This document shows, piece after piece, positions 1-9,308 of a DNA stretch of 64,000 nt (positions within the stretch are counted from its first letter, which is position 1; every line of letters starts with the position of its first letter). The notes under the pieces are model-generated. The model had not been told where the DNA came from and did no database searches. It worked only from the letters and a program-made list of their open reading frames with translations. The translations under genes were made by a program, and so were the position numbers. The stretch is from Candidatus Buchananbacteria bacterium RIFCSPLOWO2_01_FULL_39_33 (GTDB lineage: Bacteria > Patescibacteriota > Patescibacteriia > 2-01-FULL-39-33): contig MHIM01000028.1 of assembly GCA_001817505.1 (NCBI GenBank), forward strand, positions 383 through 64,382, given 5' to 3'.

Positions 1-2
1 GA

Positions 3-929
3 ATTCAAGGCGAACCAGGGGCACAGGGTTTGCAGGGCGAAACAGGACCCCAAGGTCGGCAGGGAATTCAGGGGGAACCCGGCTCTCAAGGAGAGCAAGG
101 CGAAATGGGAGCATCAGGTGAAACTGGCCCGCAAGGCCCACAGGGTTTGCAGGGGCCAAAGGGTGACCCGGGCGAACCGAGCTGGGATGAGACCAGAATA
201 GCGGACTTGGAAGCCCGAGTGGTTTATTTGGAAAACCTTAATCAGCCACCAGAGCCCCAGGGATTTTCGGCTTACGCGAATTTTAAGAGAGGTCTTAGTC
301 AGTATTTATCAATAACTGACGCCGATCAAGTTGGTTTGAATATTACACATGATATGACTATTGAGGGTTGGATTTATTTAGAAGCAGATATGCCAAATAA
401 TACTGATTATGAAATTGTTAGTAAATATGATATTGATTATAATATTGATAGTCGCGCATATCGTTTCTATCTCTCAACCTATGGTACACAAGCACTATAT
501 TTAAATACTAGTCAAGATGGTTCTAATGAAGTAGCCAATAATGCAGCTTGGTCACCAATCGCACAGATTTGGTATCATGTAGCCGTAACCAGAACTTTAA
601 CCACAACAAAATTTTATGTTAATGGTATGCAACTTAGTACTAATAACCAATTTCATACCAGTACAACAATTTGTGATAATAGTGCCAGTTTTATTGTAGG
701 TCAACTTGGTGTAACTCCTGATGACTATTGGAATGGCAAAATGGACGACTTAAGAATCTGGAATGTCGCCAGAACACCGGCCGAAATTCTTGCCAACAAA
801 GACATTGAATTAACTGGCGCTGAAGCCGGACTAATGGGCTACTGGAAGTTCAACGGCAACGCTCTGGACTCCTCGCTCAATGGCAATGATTTGACCAATA
901 ATAATGGCGTTACTTTCATCGCCTATTGA
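3..929 (+). CDS. Collagen-like (Gly-X-Y) repeat protein with C-terminal LamG/concanavalin A-like domain; 5' end lies outside the window
   Basis: GETGPQGRQGIQGEPG repeats, then LamG-type motifs (TIEGWI, WYHVAVT, FYVNG, GKMDDLRIWN); frame is open from base 3. Confidence 0.85.
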   Translation: MQGEPGAQGLQGETGPQGRQGIQGEPGSQGEQGEMGASGETGPQGPQGLQGPKGDPGEPSWDETRIADLEARVVYLENLNQPPEPQGFSAYANFKRGLSQYLSITDADQVGLNITHDMTIEGWIYLEADMPNNTDYEIVSKYDIDYNIDSRAYRFYLSTYGTQALYLNTSQDGSNEVANNAAWSPIAQIWYHVAVTRTLTTTKFYVNGMQLSTNNQFHTSTTICDNSASFIVGQLGVTPDDYWNGKMDDLRIWNVARTPAEILANKDIELTGAEAGLMGYWKFNGNALDSSLNGNDLTNNNGVTFIAY

Positions 930-1089
930 AACTCGGACTTTTAAAAACCAAAACTCCCGCACCGATTGGTGGCAGGGAGTTTTTTATTCGTCATTACTAT
1001 CAATATTTCCTCCCTTTACCCCGCCAAAGGCGGGCAGGCAAGGGGAGGTGAATCCGCCAATTGGCGGAGAAACAACCCCATATTTTCTG

Positions 1090-1180
1090 TGTCATTGCGA
1101 ACGCAGTGAAGCAATCCCATGTTTATATTGATGAGATTGCTTCGTCCGTCCGCCAACCGGCGAACTCCCTCGCAATGACA
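1090..1180. repeat. Palindromic element of the GTCATTGCGA..GAAGCAATC..GATTGCTTCG..TCGCAATGAC type (RPE/REP-like)
   Basis: Terminal inverted repeat TGTCATTGCGA/TCGCAATGACA with inner GAAGCAATC/GATTGCTTC pair. Confidence 0.7.
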
Positions 1181-1181
1181 T

Positions 1182-1229
1182 TAGTAGGAATACTTGTAAT
1201 GACTGTAGTAGGAATATTTGTAATGACTG
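1182..1229. repeat. Two tandem 24-bp repeats TAGTAGGAATA(C/T)TTGTAATGACTG
   Basis: Read directly; one mismatch between copies. Confidence 0.8.
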
Positions 1230-1230
1230 T

Positions 1231-1485
1231 TTATTTCTTAATCTTATTAAATAGAAAAGCAAAAAGCCAAACAGCCACCACATCAATAACATTCCAGATA
1301 ATTAAACCGGCAATAAAAGTGGCCAATGTTATTATGTTTCGTCCCAAGGCAATATCAGAGTGAAGGGCATAGCGCATAAATAATTCTCGCGTAGCCGGAA
1401 ACAGAGCTACGCCGGCAAAGCAAACCACGTAAACGATGCTGGTCCAGGCCGCCGTAACTTTTAAGAGGTGTTTGATGTTAATCAT
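1231..1485 (-). CDS. Small two-TM membrane protein (DUF5676-like)
   Basis: Two hydrophobic segments; WTSIVYVVC..MRYALH pattern. Confidence 0.65.
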   Translation of the reverse strand: MINIKHLLKVTAAWTSIVYVVCFAGVALFPATRELFMRYALHSDIALGRNIITLATFIAGLIIWNVIDVVAVWLFAFLFNKIKK

Positions 1486-1534
1486 AAGGTTATTTGTTAA
1501 CCGAAAAAATTGCTGTTAAAACAACAACTTGTTC

Positions 1535-1669
1535 TTACTTTTTATTGACGTATTTCCACAAAGCGGCGATGCCTAAAACCAGCAGAATAATGATCAAAAG
1601 ATAAGTAATCCAAGCAAAAAGCATCATACTGCTTGTGCCCACGCCGCCCATTAAGCCATAGTCCATCAT
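1535..1669 (-). CDS. 44-aa single-TM small protein MMDYGLMGGVGTSSMMLFAWITYLLIIILLVLGIAALWKYVNKK
   Basis: Translated by hand; strong SD GAAGGAGGTGA just upstream of ATG; below ORF-track cutoff. Confidence 0.75.
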   Translation of the reverse strand: MMDYGLMGGVGTSSMMLFAWITYLLIIILLVLGIAALWKYVNKK

Positions 1670-1715
1670 ATTTATTTCACCTCCTTCAATTAATTAAATT
1701 TAAAAAGATAATTTA

Positions 1716-2456
1716 TTATCTTAGTGTCCAGCCGCCGTCAACTATTATTGTCTGGCCGGTAATATAATCCGCTTTATTGGAAGCCAAAAAAACAACCGTG
1801 TTGGCAATATCTTCAGGCAGTCCGAATCTTTTGGCTGGAATAATAGCAATCGTCTGGTCTTTTTCTTTTTTAGTCATTACCCCGGCGGCTCCCGGAGTAT
1901 TAATTGCTCCTGGGGCAACAGCGTTGACATTTATTTTCTTGGGAGCTAATTCCAAAGCCAGCGCCCGCACCAGGGCATTGATTCCGCCTTTGGAAGCGCA
2001 GTAATGGGTCAGGCCTTCAAAGCCGACGAAAGAGGCGATTGAGGAAATATTTACGATCTTGCCACCCGCTTTCATTTTTTTTAGGGCCGCTTGCGAACAT
2101 AAAAAGATGCTTTTCAAATTAGTATCTATGACCCTGTCCCAATCAGCTTCTTTCATATCCAAAAACGGCACAAAAGGGAATATGCCGGCGTTATTTACCA
2201 AAATATCCAGTTGGCTGAATTCTTTTACGGTTTTGGCTATTAAATTATCTACTTCTGATTTCTTAGAAACATCACAGGCAACAGCCAAGATTTTTACTCC
2301 TTCTTTTTTTATTTTTTCAGCCGCTACTTGGCAATCTTTTTGATTGAGATCGCTTACCACCACCTTGCAGCCTTCTTTAGCCAGAGCCAGGGCGATGCCA
2401 TAGCCGATGCCTTGCTTGGCGCCGGTGACAATGGCCACTTTGTTTTTCAATATCAT
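1716..2456 (-). CDS. Short-chain dehydrogenase/reductase (FabG-like SDR)
   Basis: TGAKQGIG Rossmann motif, NNAG, YCASK catalytic motif, VDGG end. Confidence 0.92.
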   Translation of the reverse strand: MILKNKVAIVTGAKQGIGYGIALALAKEGCKVVVSDLNQKDCQVAAEKIKKEGVKILAVACDVSKKSEVDNLIAKTVKEFSQLDILVNNAGIFPFVPFLDMKEADWDRVIDTNLKSIFLCSQAALKKMKAGGKIVNISSIASFVGFEGLTHYCASKGGINALVRALALELAPKKINVNAVAPGAINTPGAAGVMTKKEKDQTIAIIPAKRFGLPEDIANTVVFLASNKADYITGQTIIVDGGWTLR

Positions 2457-2553
2457 AATTTAATTAGTTTTTATTAATAATTTTTATATCTGCTTCATTA
2501 TAGCATAGTTTTTTATCTGATATAATATTAGAATAAATAAGTAAGATTTTTAT

Positions 2554-2640
2554 ATGATAGGCATCATAATTATAATTCTGATTGTTCTGGTAGTGGCAGT
2601 AATTTTGGTTATGGGCGTCAGGGAAGATAAGAAAAAATAG
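2554..2640 (+). CDS. Possible 28-aa membrane peptide MIGIIIIILIVLVVAVILVMGVREDKKK
   Basis: Hydrophobic core plus charged tail; TATAAT upstream near 2521 and hairpin terminator downstream. Confidence 0.45.
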   Translation: MIGIIIIILIVLVVAVILVMGVREDKKK

Positions 2641-2689
2641 AAGTCCAAACCATTCACATTTAAAAACACTCCGATTAGGAAGTGTTTTT

Positions 2690-3229
2690 TTAAGATAAGC
2701 TGACGTGTCTAAACAGCCAAGCCGAGACGAAAAAAAACATAGCTAAAAGGGAATTTAAAATTAATACGCCGATAACGCCCGCCTCGCCCCAGGAGGTCTG
2801 GGCCGGCCAAATAAAGAGCGCCACTACCGGAATCAATACTTGAACCAGCGCTACTGTCAGCAGGGTATAGGCCATGCCGCGCGGCCTAAAACGTGCCGCA
2901 AGAGAGCCGATGAGTAAGACAGTGGGTACTGCCCAATACATCAAGTTGGCGGGGTTATTCTCGCTGCCGATAATGCCAACAGCGCCACTGACCCAGCCAA
3001 GAAATAGCGCTCCTACAAGTCCAACTCTAAAAGCGATGCGATACATTCTGTTTTGCGTTCTCAACCATATTGCCAGTTCATAGGCGCCGCCAGCGACCAA
3101 CAGTATGATGATATAGGCGACAGTTTCAATCCACTGCACTTCATTGGTGAACTGCCTGGCCAGAGATATTATTAATATAAGCGCTATGACAACAGCCCAG
3201 ACAATCTGTCTTTTGGTAATTTTTTTCAT
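2690..3229 (-). CDS. Multi-pass membrane protein, hypothetical
   Basis: About 6 hydrophobic segments; GAVGIIGSENNPANLMY motif. Confidence 0.75.
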   Translation of the reverse strand: MKKITKRQIVWAVVIALILIISLARQFTNEVQWIETVAYIIILLVAGGAYELAIWLRTQNRMYRIAFRVGLVGALFLGWVSGAVGIIGSENNPANLMYWAVPTVLLIGSLAARFRPRGMAYTLLTVALVQVLIPVVALFIWPAQTSWGEAGVIGVLILNSLLAMFFFVSAWLFRHVSLS

Positions 3230-3495
3230 AACTTGAATAAGTTATTTTATATTGTCAGCATAGCAAAAGATCGCCATTTAGGCGATTTTTTATTTTCAGG
3301 ACTTATGGGGCGATTTTGGAAAAATTGGCTGGTGGGAATTAGCATTAGATTTTGATAAAACTATTTCCCAGTCATACCATTTTGCACATTTTTATAAATA
3401 ATTCTCGTCATGCTTGCTAATAAGAACGATAAATTAATATTGACAAACAATAAGCCACCAATTAAGCTGTCATTATTACTGATCAAAGATCATCT

Positions 3496-4002
3496 ATGAA
3501 AAAAAGCCCAACGATATTTCTTCAATTATTAATTGTGCTCATCGGCATCGGCACTCTGGCCCTCATGCTTTGGGAGCCTCATCTCGAAGGCAGGAACGCG
3601 CAGGCCACACTCTTTGAGATTTATTTCAAAGATCCGTTTCTGGCGTATGCGTATCTAGGGTCTATTCCGTTTTTTGTGGCGCTTTATCAGGCAATCAAGG
3701 TGCTGGGATATGTCGGACAAAATCAGGCATTTTCCCAAGCGGCCGTGAAAGCTCTGCGGACCATAAAATATTGCGCGCTCGCTACTGCGGGTTTTATTGT
3801 GGTGGCAGATGCTTACCTTATGATAGCTGCACGTAGCGGCAACGATGATCCTGCGGGAGCTATAATGCTGGGTCTTATAGCCACCTTCGCCTCTATCGTT
3901 ATCGCCGCCGCCACCGCGGTGTTTGGACAGATTTTGCAAAGTGGGGTGGACATAAAAAAAGAGAGCCCAACTTCAATTAATAATAATAAAACAGTCCCTT
4001 AA
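3496..4002 (+). CDS. DUF2975-like membrane protein
   Basis: EGRNA..DPFL..PFFVALYQA..AFS..AVKALRTIKYCA pattern; upstream TTGACA-N17-TAAGCT. Confidence 0.75.
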   Translation: MKKSPTIFLQLLIVLIGIGTLALMLWEPHLEGRNAQATLFEIYFKDPFLAYAYLGSIPFFVALYQAIKVLGYVGQNQAFSQAAVKALRTIKYCALATAGFIVVADAYLMIAARSGNDDPAGAIMLGLIATFASIVIAAATAVFGQILQSGVDIKKESPTSINNNKTVP

Positions 4003-4017
4003 TAGGGCTATTTTATT
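3985..4017. terminator. Bidirectional intrinsic terminator-like hairpin
   Basis: AATAAAACAGTCCCT-TAAT-AGGGCTATTTTATT. Confidence 0.55.
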
Positions 4018-4151
4018 ATGGCGGTGTTTGTTGGACAAAGTTCACCCGGAATGGTTTGAAACGCCTAAGCCAAAATCTGTTACTGGTAAGAATGCGGTGG
4101 ATTATTCAATCAAGTAATGCCCATAAGCTTGAATGGGGCTTTTGGTGATGA

Positions 4152-5108
4152 TTATTTCTTTCCTAATTCCCCGATAATGTAATCTATCCAATTTTGATAC
4201 CAATACCAAGTTTTCACAACCATAGTACCAAAACCCTTGCTCATATTTTTACCGTCATGTTTTCTCCAAAATTGAGTGTGTTGATACATTCCGAAATTCT
4301 TAAAACCTGCCTCCTTAACTTTTTGAATTACCAGCGTTGCGGTAAATTTTTGTTTTTCCGTTTCTTCTTTTATCCAGTATTCTTTTGAAATATTTTTTGC
4401 CAAATCGGATTTTGGATCAATAAATTCAATGACTCTATCCGCTTGTCCTTTACGTTTTGCTAAAACTTTTGCGAACAAAAGACGATAGGCAAACCTATCA
4501 CTTTTTGCTTCGTTTTCGGACAACTTACTATCAAAATCGGCAACATAAGAAATAACATTTTGAGGAATAAAACCTTCTTTATCTTTAATAACTTTTGATT
4601 GTGAATGGTCTAGTTCGGAGAATTGTAAACTCAACGCCAAATTGTTATCAAGACCATATTTTTCTCCGTGCAGTTTTTTGAGATAGAAGTTCAAGTTCAA
4701 TGCACATGCTTGATAACGAGCAGACAAATAAGAATCTAACCCACTGGCTTTCCGGTGCTCAATCTGGTTACGCAACCCAATTAAAAAGTTTAAGTTGTTC
4801 ACGGTGTCCCTATCGAGTGGACAGTCAGATTTTGAGATACACTCTCTCAAATCCCAATATTTAATACTCCCGTCAGGATTTTTAACATATTTTTTACGAC
4901 TACCGCTTTTTGTAAAATATCGATAATCTACCCCTTTTTCTCTATAGTGGGCGTGCAGAAGATATGTCCAAGCAATAAGTGAGAGCACAATAAAGCTCTC
5001 GGTTTTAAAGTAAATGAGTGGATTGTTATAAATTTGAACAGCCGAAAGCATGGCCTCGCGGGCTTTCATTATTAAATCAACTTTTTCAGAGTAAATAGTT
5101 CTGGTCAT
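4152..5108 (-). CDS. DUF3644-domain protein (defence-island associated)
   Basis: KAREAMLSAVQIYNNP..FKTESFIVL..AWTYLLHAHY..LRNQIEH (RxxxxH HEPN-like); ATG at 5108. Confidence 0.75.
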   Translation of the reverse strand: MTRTIYSEKVDLIMKAREAMLSAVQIYNNPLIYFKTESFIVLSLIAWTYLLHAHYREKGVDYRYFTKSGSRKKYVKNPDGSIKYWDLRECISKSDCPLDRDTVNNLNFLIGLRNQIEHRKASGLDSYLSARYQACALNLNFYLKKLHGEKYGLDNNLALSLQFSELDHSQSKVIKDKEGFIPQNVISYVADFDSKLSENEAKSDRFAYRLLFAKVLAKRKGQADRVIEFIDPKSDLAKNISKEYWIKEETEKQKFTATLVIQKVKEAGFKNFGMYQHTQFWRKHDGKNMSKGFGTMVVKTWYWYQNWIDYIIGELGKK

Positions 5109-5165
5109 AGTTCTTGTGGACAAATCCCACTTCTTTTTATATAGGTATCATACTATAATATACAT

Positions 5166-6263
5166 ATGGCAAGCAACCAAATCTTCAAAGCAGTCTATTT
5201 TTCTGACTACAAGGAAACAAACCCAAAAGCAAAGGGTGTTGTCTTGGCTTTTGGTGAGAGAAATATAGATTTATACAAAAGCGTAGCCGGTCTTGGGAGT
5301 AATGAATTACGCAACTTACTCGGAACTGACTCCTATCTTGAGCTAGAGCAACGCGCGCAACAAGAGGGTTTGCCGGTAAACACTTACTGCCTTTGGTATT
5401 TGCGAAAAAATCTCGGCGCGGAAGAAGTAAAACCGAAAAAGGCAAAGATTAGCGAAAGGGCAATCTCTCACTTTATAAATCAGGTCATTAAGGGAGACTG
5501 TTTGGAAGTGATGAGAGAAATTCCAGCAAAATCGATAGATATGATTTTGTGTGATCTACCTTATGGCACTACACAAAATCACTGGGACAGCGTTATCCCT
5601 ATTGATCAACTTTGGAGCCACTACGAACGTATTATAAAAGACAAGGGCGTTATAGCCCTCACAGGGCAAGGGCTCTTTACGGCGAATCTCATGCTATCTA
5701 ATCCAAGACTGTTTAAATACAAAATCACCTGGGTTAAATCAAAACCAACTAATTTTTTGAATGCCAAAAAGCAACCACTTCGCAAGCATGAAGATATTTG
5801 TATTTTTTATAAAAGCCAGCCCGCCTATAACCCACAGATGACCTACGGCGAACCCTACAACAAAGGTTTCAGGAAAGATCAATTTACTGGGAGTTATGGC
5901 GACTTCAAAACCGTTGAGGTAAAAAGCAATGGCGAGAGGTATCCTACTGATGTTATCTATTTCAAAACTGCCGAGAGCGAAGGCGAAGTTTATCATTCCA
6001 CACAAAAGCCAGTGGAACTTGGCCGTTATCTTATTTGTACCTTCACAAAAGAAGGAGATGTTGTCTTAGATAACACTTGCGGTAGCGGCAGTTTCCTTGT
6101 TTCGGCAGTTTTGGAGGGAAGGAAATTTATTGGAATTGAAAAAAACGAAGATGTTTATCTGTTCAAAAAACATAAAGTGGATTATATCGAAGTTTCCAAA
6201 AAGCGTATCGAAGAAGCCGAAGCTCAATACAAAGCAGAGAGCAACAAACTAAAGCTATTTTAG
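5166..6263 (+). CDS. Site-specific DNA methyltransferase (N4-C/N6-A, beta class) with ~100-aa N-terminal extension
   Basis: GDCLEVM, DLPY catalytic motif, HSTQKP, VLDNTCGSGS SAM-binding motif. Confidence 0.92.
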   Translation: MASNQIFKAVYFSDYKETNPKAKGVVLAFGERNIDLYKSVAGLGSNELRNLLGTDSYLELEQRAQQEGLPVNTYCLWYLRKNLGAEEVKPKKAKISERAISHFINQVIKGDCLEVMREIPAKSIDMILCDLPYGTTQNHWDSVIPIDQLWSHYERIIKDKGVIALTGQGLFTANLMLSNPRLFKYKITWVKSKPTNFLNAKKQPLRKHEDICIFYKSQPAYNPQMTYGEPYNKGFRKDQFTGSYGDFKTVEVKSNGERYPTDVIYFKTAESEGEVYHSTQKPVELGRYLICTFTKEGDVVLDNTCGSGSFLVSAVLEGRKFIGIEKNEDVYLFKKHKVDYIEVSKKRIEEAEAQYKAESNKLKLF

Positions 6264-7177
6264 ATTCCGCTATACGGCTCCTCTTGGAGAATTTTTCGTG
6301 CTTTTTCAATCTCCCCGTCAGTTAATACACCCTTTTCTTTGAGCCAGTATAGCAGGTGAAAATACTGATTTGAGTGTAAAACTGGCTTCACAATTTTATT
6401 TATGCCAGTTTCCTTTTGAACAAAAGCAAGGTGTTTCTCGGAAAGCACGCCCCGACCAATAAGGTCGTAGGCAATTCTAATGGCATCAACCGAAGTGAGA
6501 TTTAGGTCGCCCTTGTGGTTTCTGTCTCGCTCGACGTCTGACTCATCAATACTTAATAAATCTTCAACGGTCTCCAATCCATTGAGATTGCGGTTATAAT
6601 ACTCTATTTCTTGCCCACGATAAGTGAACCATGTTCTTCCTTGTTCGGTAAGAGAACCGCGCGGCAAATAAACACCCTCATTAGATATTCGCTCCTTTGA
6701 TACCCAGCCACAGATATAAAGTATCCATTTTCTTTGTCTGGTCGTACCCGGAAGTTCTCTTTTGCTGGGAGTTTCGAGGTGAGTCATAACATAAATATCG
6801 GCATCCAGTCTTTCGTCATGCATCTGCCGCGCAAAAAAATTATGTTTTGCTTCTCTCGCAATACCATCACTACTTTCGTATTCCTCTTTGAATGGTAATG
6901 CGCCACCGCGGCACTTAACATCAACTTTTATCCCGGAGGGAAGTAGAAGATCGTACCCGAGAGGATGATCTTCGGGATTTATTTCCGGCATACCCAGCTT
7001 ATTTCGTATAACCATCTCCGCAAGTGCGCCGAACCCTTGTTCCTCTGAACTGCCTCGTTCTGCGCCGGTTCGATTTTGATTTGCGGTAATATATTCAGCC
7101 GCTTTTTGCCGCAATCGAAAACCAAGCTCATCGGTGAGCTTTATTACTATTGGTTTTGGATGCTTGTATTTATACAT
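6260..7177 (-). CDS. Putative PD-(D/E)xK restriction endonuclease
   Basis: GALAEM..GYDLLL..VDVKCR motif; convergent with MTase, 4-bp overlap. Confidence 0.6.
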   Translation of the reverse strand: MYKYKHPKPIVIKLTDELGFRLRQKAAEYITANQNRTGAERGSSEEQGFGALAEMVIRNKLGMPEINPEDHPLGYDLLLPSGIKVDVKCRGGALPFKEEYESSDGIAREAKHNFFARQMHDERLDADIYVMTHLETPSKRELPGTTRQRKWILYICGWVSKERISNEGVYLPRGSLTEQGRTWFTYRGQEIEYYNRNLNGLETVEDLLSIDESDVERDRNHKGDLNLTSVDAIRIAYDLIGRGVLSEKHLAFVQKETGINKIVKPVLHSNQYFHLLYWLKEKGVLTDGEIEKARKILQEEPYSGI

Positions 7178-7195
7178 GGTTCAAAGTTGGAAATC

Positions 7196-7272
7196 TGGCG
7201 GAGACGAAGGGATTTGAACCCTCGACCTCTTCCGTGACAGGGAAGCGCTCTAACCAGCTGAGCTACGTCTCC
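7196..7272 (-). tRNA. tRNA-Asp(GTC)
   Basis: GGAGACGTAGCTCAGCTGGTTAGAGCGCTTCCCT-GTC-ACGGAAG..GGTTCAAATCC..CCGCCA cloverleaf. Confidence 0.97.
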
Positions 7273-7492
7273 ATTAATAACTGACAACTATTAACAATTG
7301 ACTCTTAATAATTTAGTAATTTTTTAAAAAATACTATTCAGTATTAAGTTGAATTTTATCACAGAAGCTCATTAAAGTCAATAGATTTTACCTAAAATAT
7401 AAAACCGCCTAAGTCGCGGTTTTAATATTTTTGGTAAATTCTTTATCCTGTTAAGCCAAAAATCCTTTCAGGATTTTTGCCAATTAATCGAC

Positions 7493-7846
7493 TTACTTAA
7501 CGGGGCTAATTTTCTCTATAATCTTGGCAAAAACTTTCGGTTCTTTTCTGGCTAATTCGGCTAAAACCTTCCTGTCCAAATCAATTTTAGCTTTCTTGAG
7601 TAAGTCAATAAACTTACTGTAAGAAAGACCATGCTGCCTGACGGCGGCGTTAAGCTGAATTTGCCAAAGGGCTCTCATAGTTCTTTTTTTAACTCTCCTG
7701 TCCCGGTAGGCATAGGCCCCGGCTTTAATGGTGGCGGTTTTGGCGATTTTAATCAGCCGCTTTCGGCCCCACTTAAAACCCTTGGCTCTTTTTAAAATAT
7801 TTCTTCGGTTTTTAGTATGGATTACACCTCTTTTTACTCTTGGCAT
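7493..7846 (-). CDS. rplT: 50S ribosomal protein L20
   Basis: MPRVKRG..AYAYRDRR..RALWQIQLNAA..DRKVLAELA. Confidence 0.98.
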   Translation of the reverse strand: MPRVKRGVIHTKNRRNILKRAKGFKWGRKRLIKIAKTATIKAGAYAYRDRRVKKRTMRALWQIQLNAAVRQHGLSYSKFIDLLKKAKIDLDRKVLAELARKEPKVFAKIIEKISPVK

Positions 7847-7956
7847 ATAAAATTTAGTTATAAAGTTAATAAAGTATAAAGTTATAAAGTTGATTGAATT
7901 AAAATTTGTAAAGTTAATAAAAAACTTTTAACTTTATAAACTTTTAAACTTTTAAC

Positions 7957-8154
7957 TTAATTGTAGGGCATCAATCGCTTGATATTTTTCTGATCGGCCT
8001 TGGCGATTTGCTTATCTCGTCTTTTGTTTCTTTTGACTCGGCCGGATTCTCTGGCGTTGAAATGGTCTTGACCGCCGGTTCTCTTAAGAATCTTTCCTTT
8101 CTTAGTTATTTTGAATCTTTTGGCGATAGCTTGCTTGGTTTTCATTTTTGGCAT
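7957..8154 (-). CDS. rpmI: 50S ribosomal protein L35
   Basis: MPKMKT..KRFKITKKGK; lies between infC and rplT. Confidence 0.96.
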   Translation of the reverse strand: MPKMKTKQAIAKRFKITKKGKILKRTGGQDHFNARESGRVKRNKRRDKQIAKADQKNIKRLMPYN

Positions 8155-8248
8155 ATTTTTTCGATTTCAGATTTACGATTGCAGATTTCAGATTGATTGA
8201 ATAAATTAGACCTTAATCTGTCTTTGGTAATCTGTCATTGGTAATTAT

Positions 8249-8806
8249 TTATAAAGCGATGATAGCTGATAATTTACTGCCCAATTTTTTTATTTCTTGT
8301 TCCACTTTTAATTCTTTATTAGCTAAACCCTCTTTGGTTTTGACGATTATTTTATTAATTATCTCTTTGGCCAAATCAATATGCTGATGTTCCCGGCCCC
8401 GGAGCTGCAATTCAATTCTGACTTTATGGCCGTCGCTTAAAAACCTTTTGGCCTGTTCAATCCTTAAATTCAAATCATGGTTGCTGATTCGGCTGGAAAC
8501 TTTAATGGTTTTGGTCTCGGCGGTTTTCTGTTTGGCCTTATGCTTTCTTTCCTGCTTTTCTTTCTGGTATTTATAACTGCCATAATCCATAATTTTGCAA
8601 ATTGGCGGTTCAACCAAAGGCGAGACCTCGACCAAATCCAAGTCCTTAGCTCTGGCCATAGCCAAGGCCTCAGGTCGGCTGATGACGCCCAGATTATTAT
8701 TTTCATCATCTATCACCACCACTTGGGGCGCCAAGATTCTCTCATTGATTTTGAGTTCTTTGACGGCTGATGATGGCGGTTTACTGCCTCTAAACGATCT
8801 TCTCAT
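8249..8806 (-). CDS. infC: Translation initiation factor IF-3
   Basis: INERI..DLDLVEVSP..PPICKIMDYG..LRGRE. Confidence 0.97.
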   Translation of the reverse strand: MRRSFRGSKPPSSAVKELKINERILAPQVVVIDDENNNLGVISRPEALAMARAKDLDLVEVSPLVEPPICKIMDYGSYKYQKEKQERKHKAKQKTAETKTIKVSSRISNHDLNLRIEQAKRFLSDGHKVRIELQLRGREHQHIDLAKEIINKIIVKTKEGLANKELKVEQEIKKLGSKLSAIIAL

Positions 8807-8919
8807 TAATTTAGCTTATTAGCTGGTTAGCTTATTAGGTAGTTAGTTGTCGGTTGGTAATTTTGTTAGCTTTATAAAATTTCCTAAGAAGCTAAAAGCT
8901 ACAAGCTACAACCTAATTT

Positions 8920-9308
8920 TGGTGGAGATGAGGAGTAATGAGCTCCTGTCTGGAAGCAAATTGAAAATCAGTGTACAGAATTAGTTCTTTTAGCTTTAGC
9001 CGAAACCTTTTAAAAGAACAAAATGATTTCAGCTTTATTCGAAATGATTTAAATGGGTCGGCTCGAATAGACCAACCCATCGATTCCAGAAATATAACAC
9101 CGCTTAATACTTACCTGGAAAACAAGTAAGGCGATGGCCATTGGTATTAAGCAACGGCAGGAGCGAAAGCCAAACCGCTGAAAGCGGATTTGACCTTGCT
9201 TGAAATTTTGTCTGCACTTAGAGTGCTTGGCTATTAGTTTATGAGCAACAGCCAATCTCATCCTGCTGATTTTGAATTTAAGAACTTCCATCAAAACAAT
9301 ACATCCCC
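8920..9308 (-). ncRNA. ssrA: tmRNA; tag ORF 9215-9147 reads ADKISSKVKSAFSGLAFAPAVA*
   Basis: 5' GGGGATG pairs with 3' CATCTCC-ACCA (G3-U70); TAAGT-GCA resume context; directly follows the smpB stop. Confidence 0.93.

Larger units (their letters stand above)
4019..7201. mobile_element. Integrase-less defence islet at the tRNA-Asp 3' end
   Basis: TGGCGG at 4019-4024 and 7196-7201 (tRNA 3' terminus); cargo is DUF3644, MTase and a putative REase. Confidence 0.55.

Noticed and set aside
904-1363. ORFs 904-1131, 1061-1363 and 1092-1292
   Set aside because: They run through terminator, palindromic and tandem repeats, or antisense to the 1231-1485 gene.
9049-9294. 81-aa ORF
   Set aside because: Lies inside tmRNA; the real tag is in another frame.
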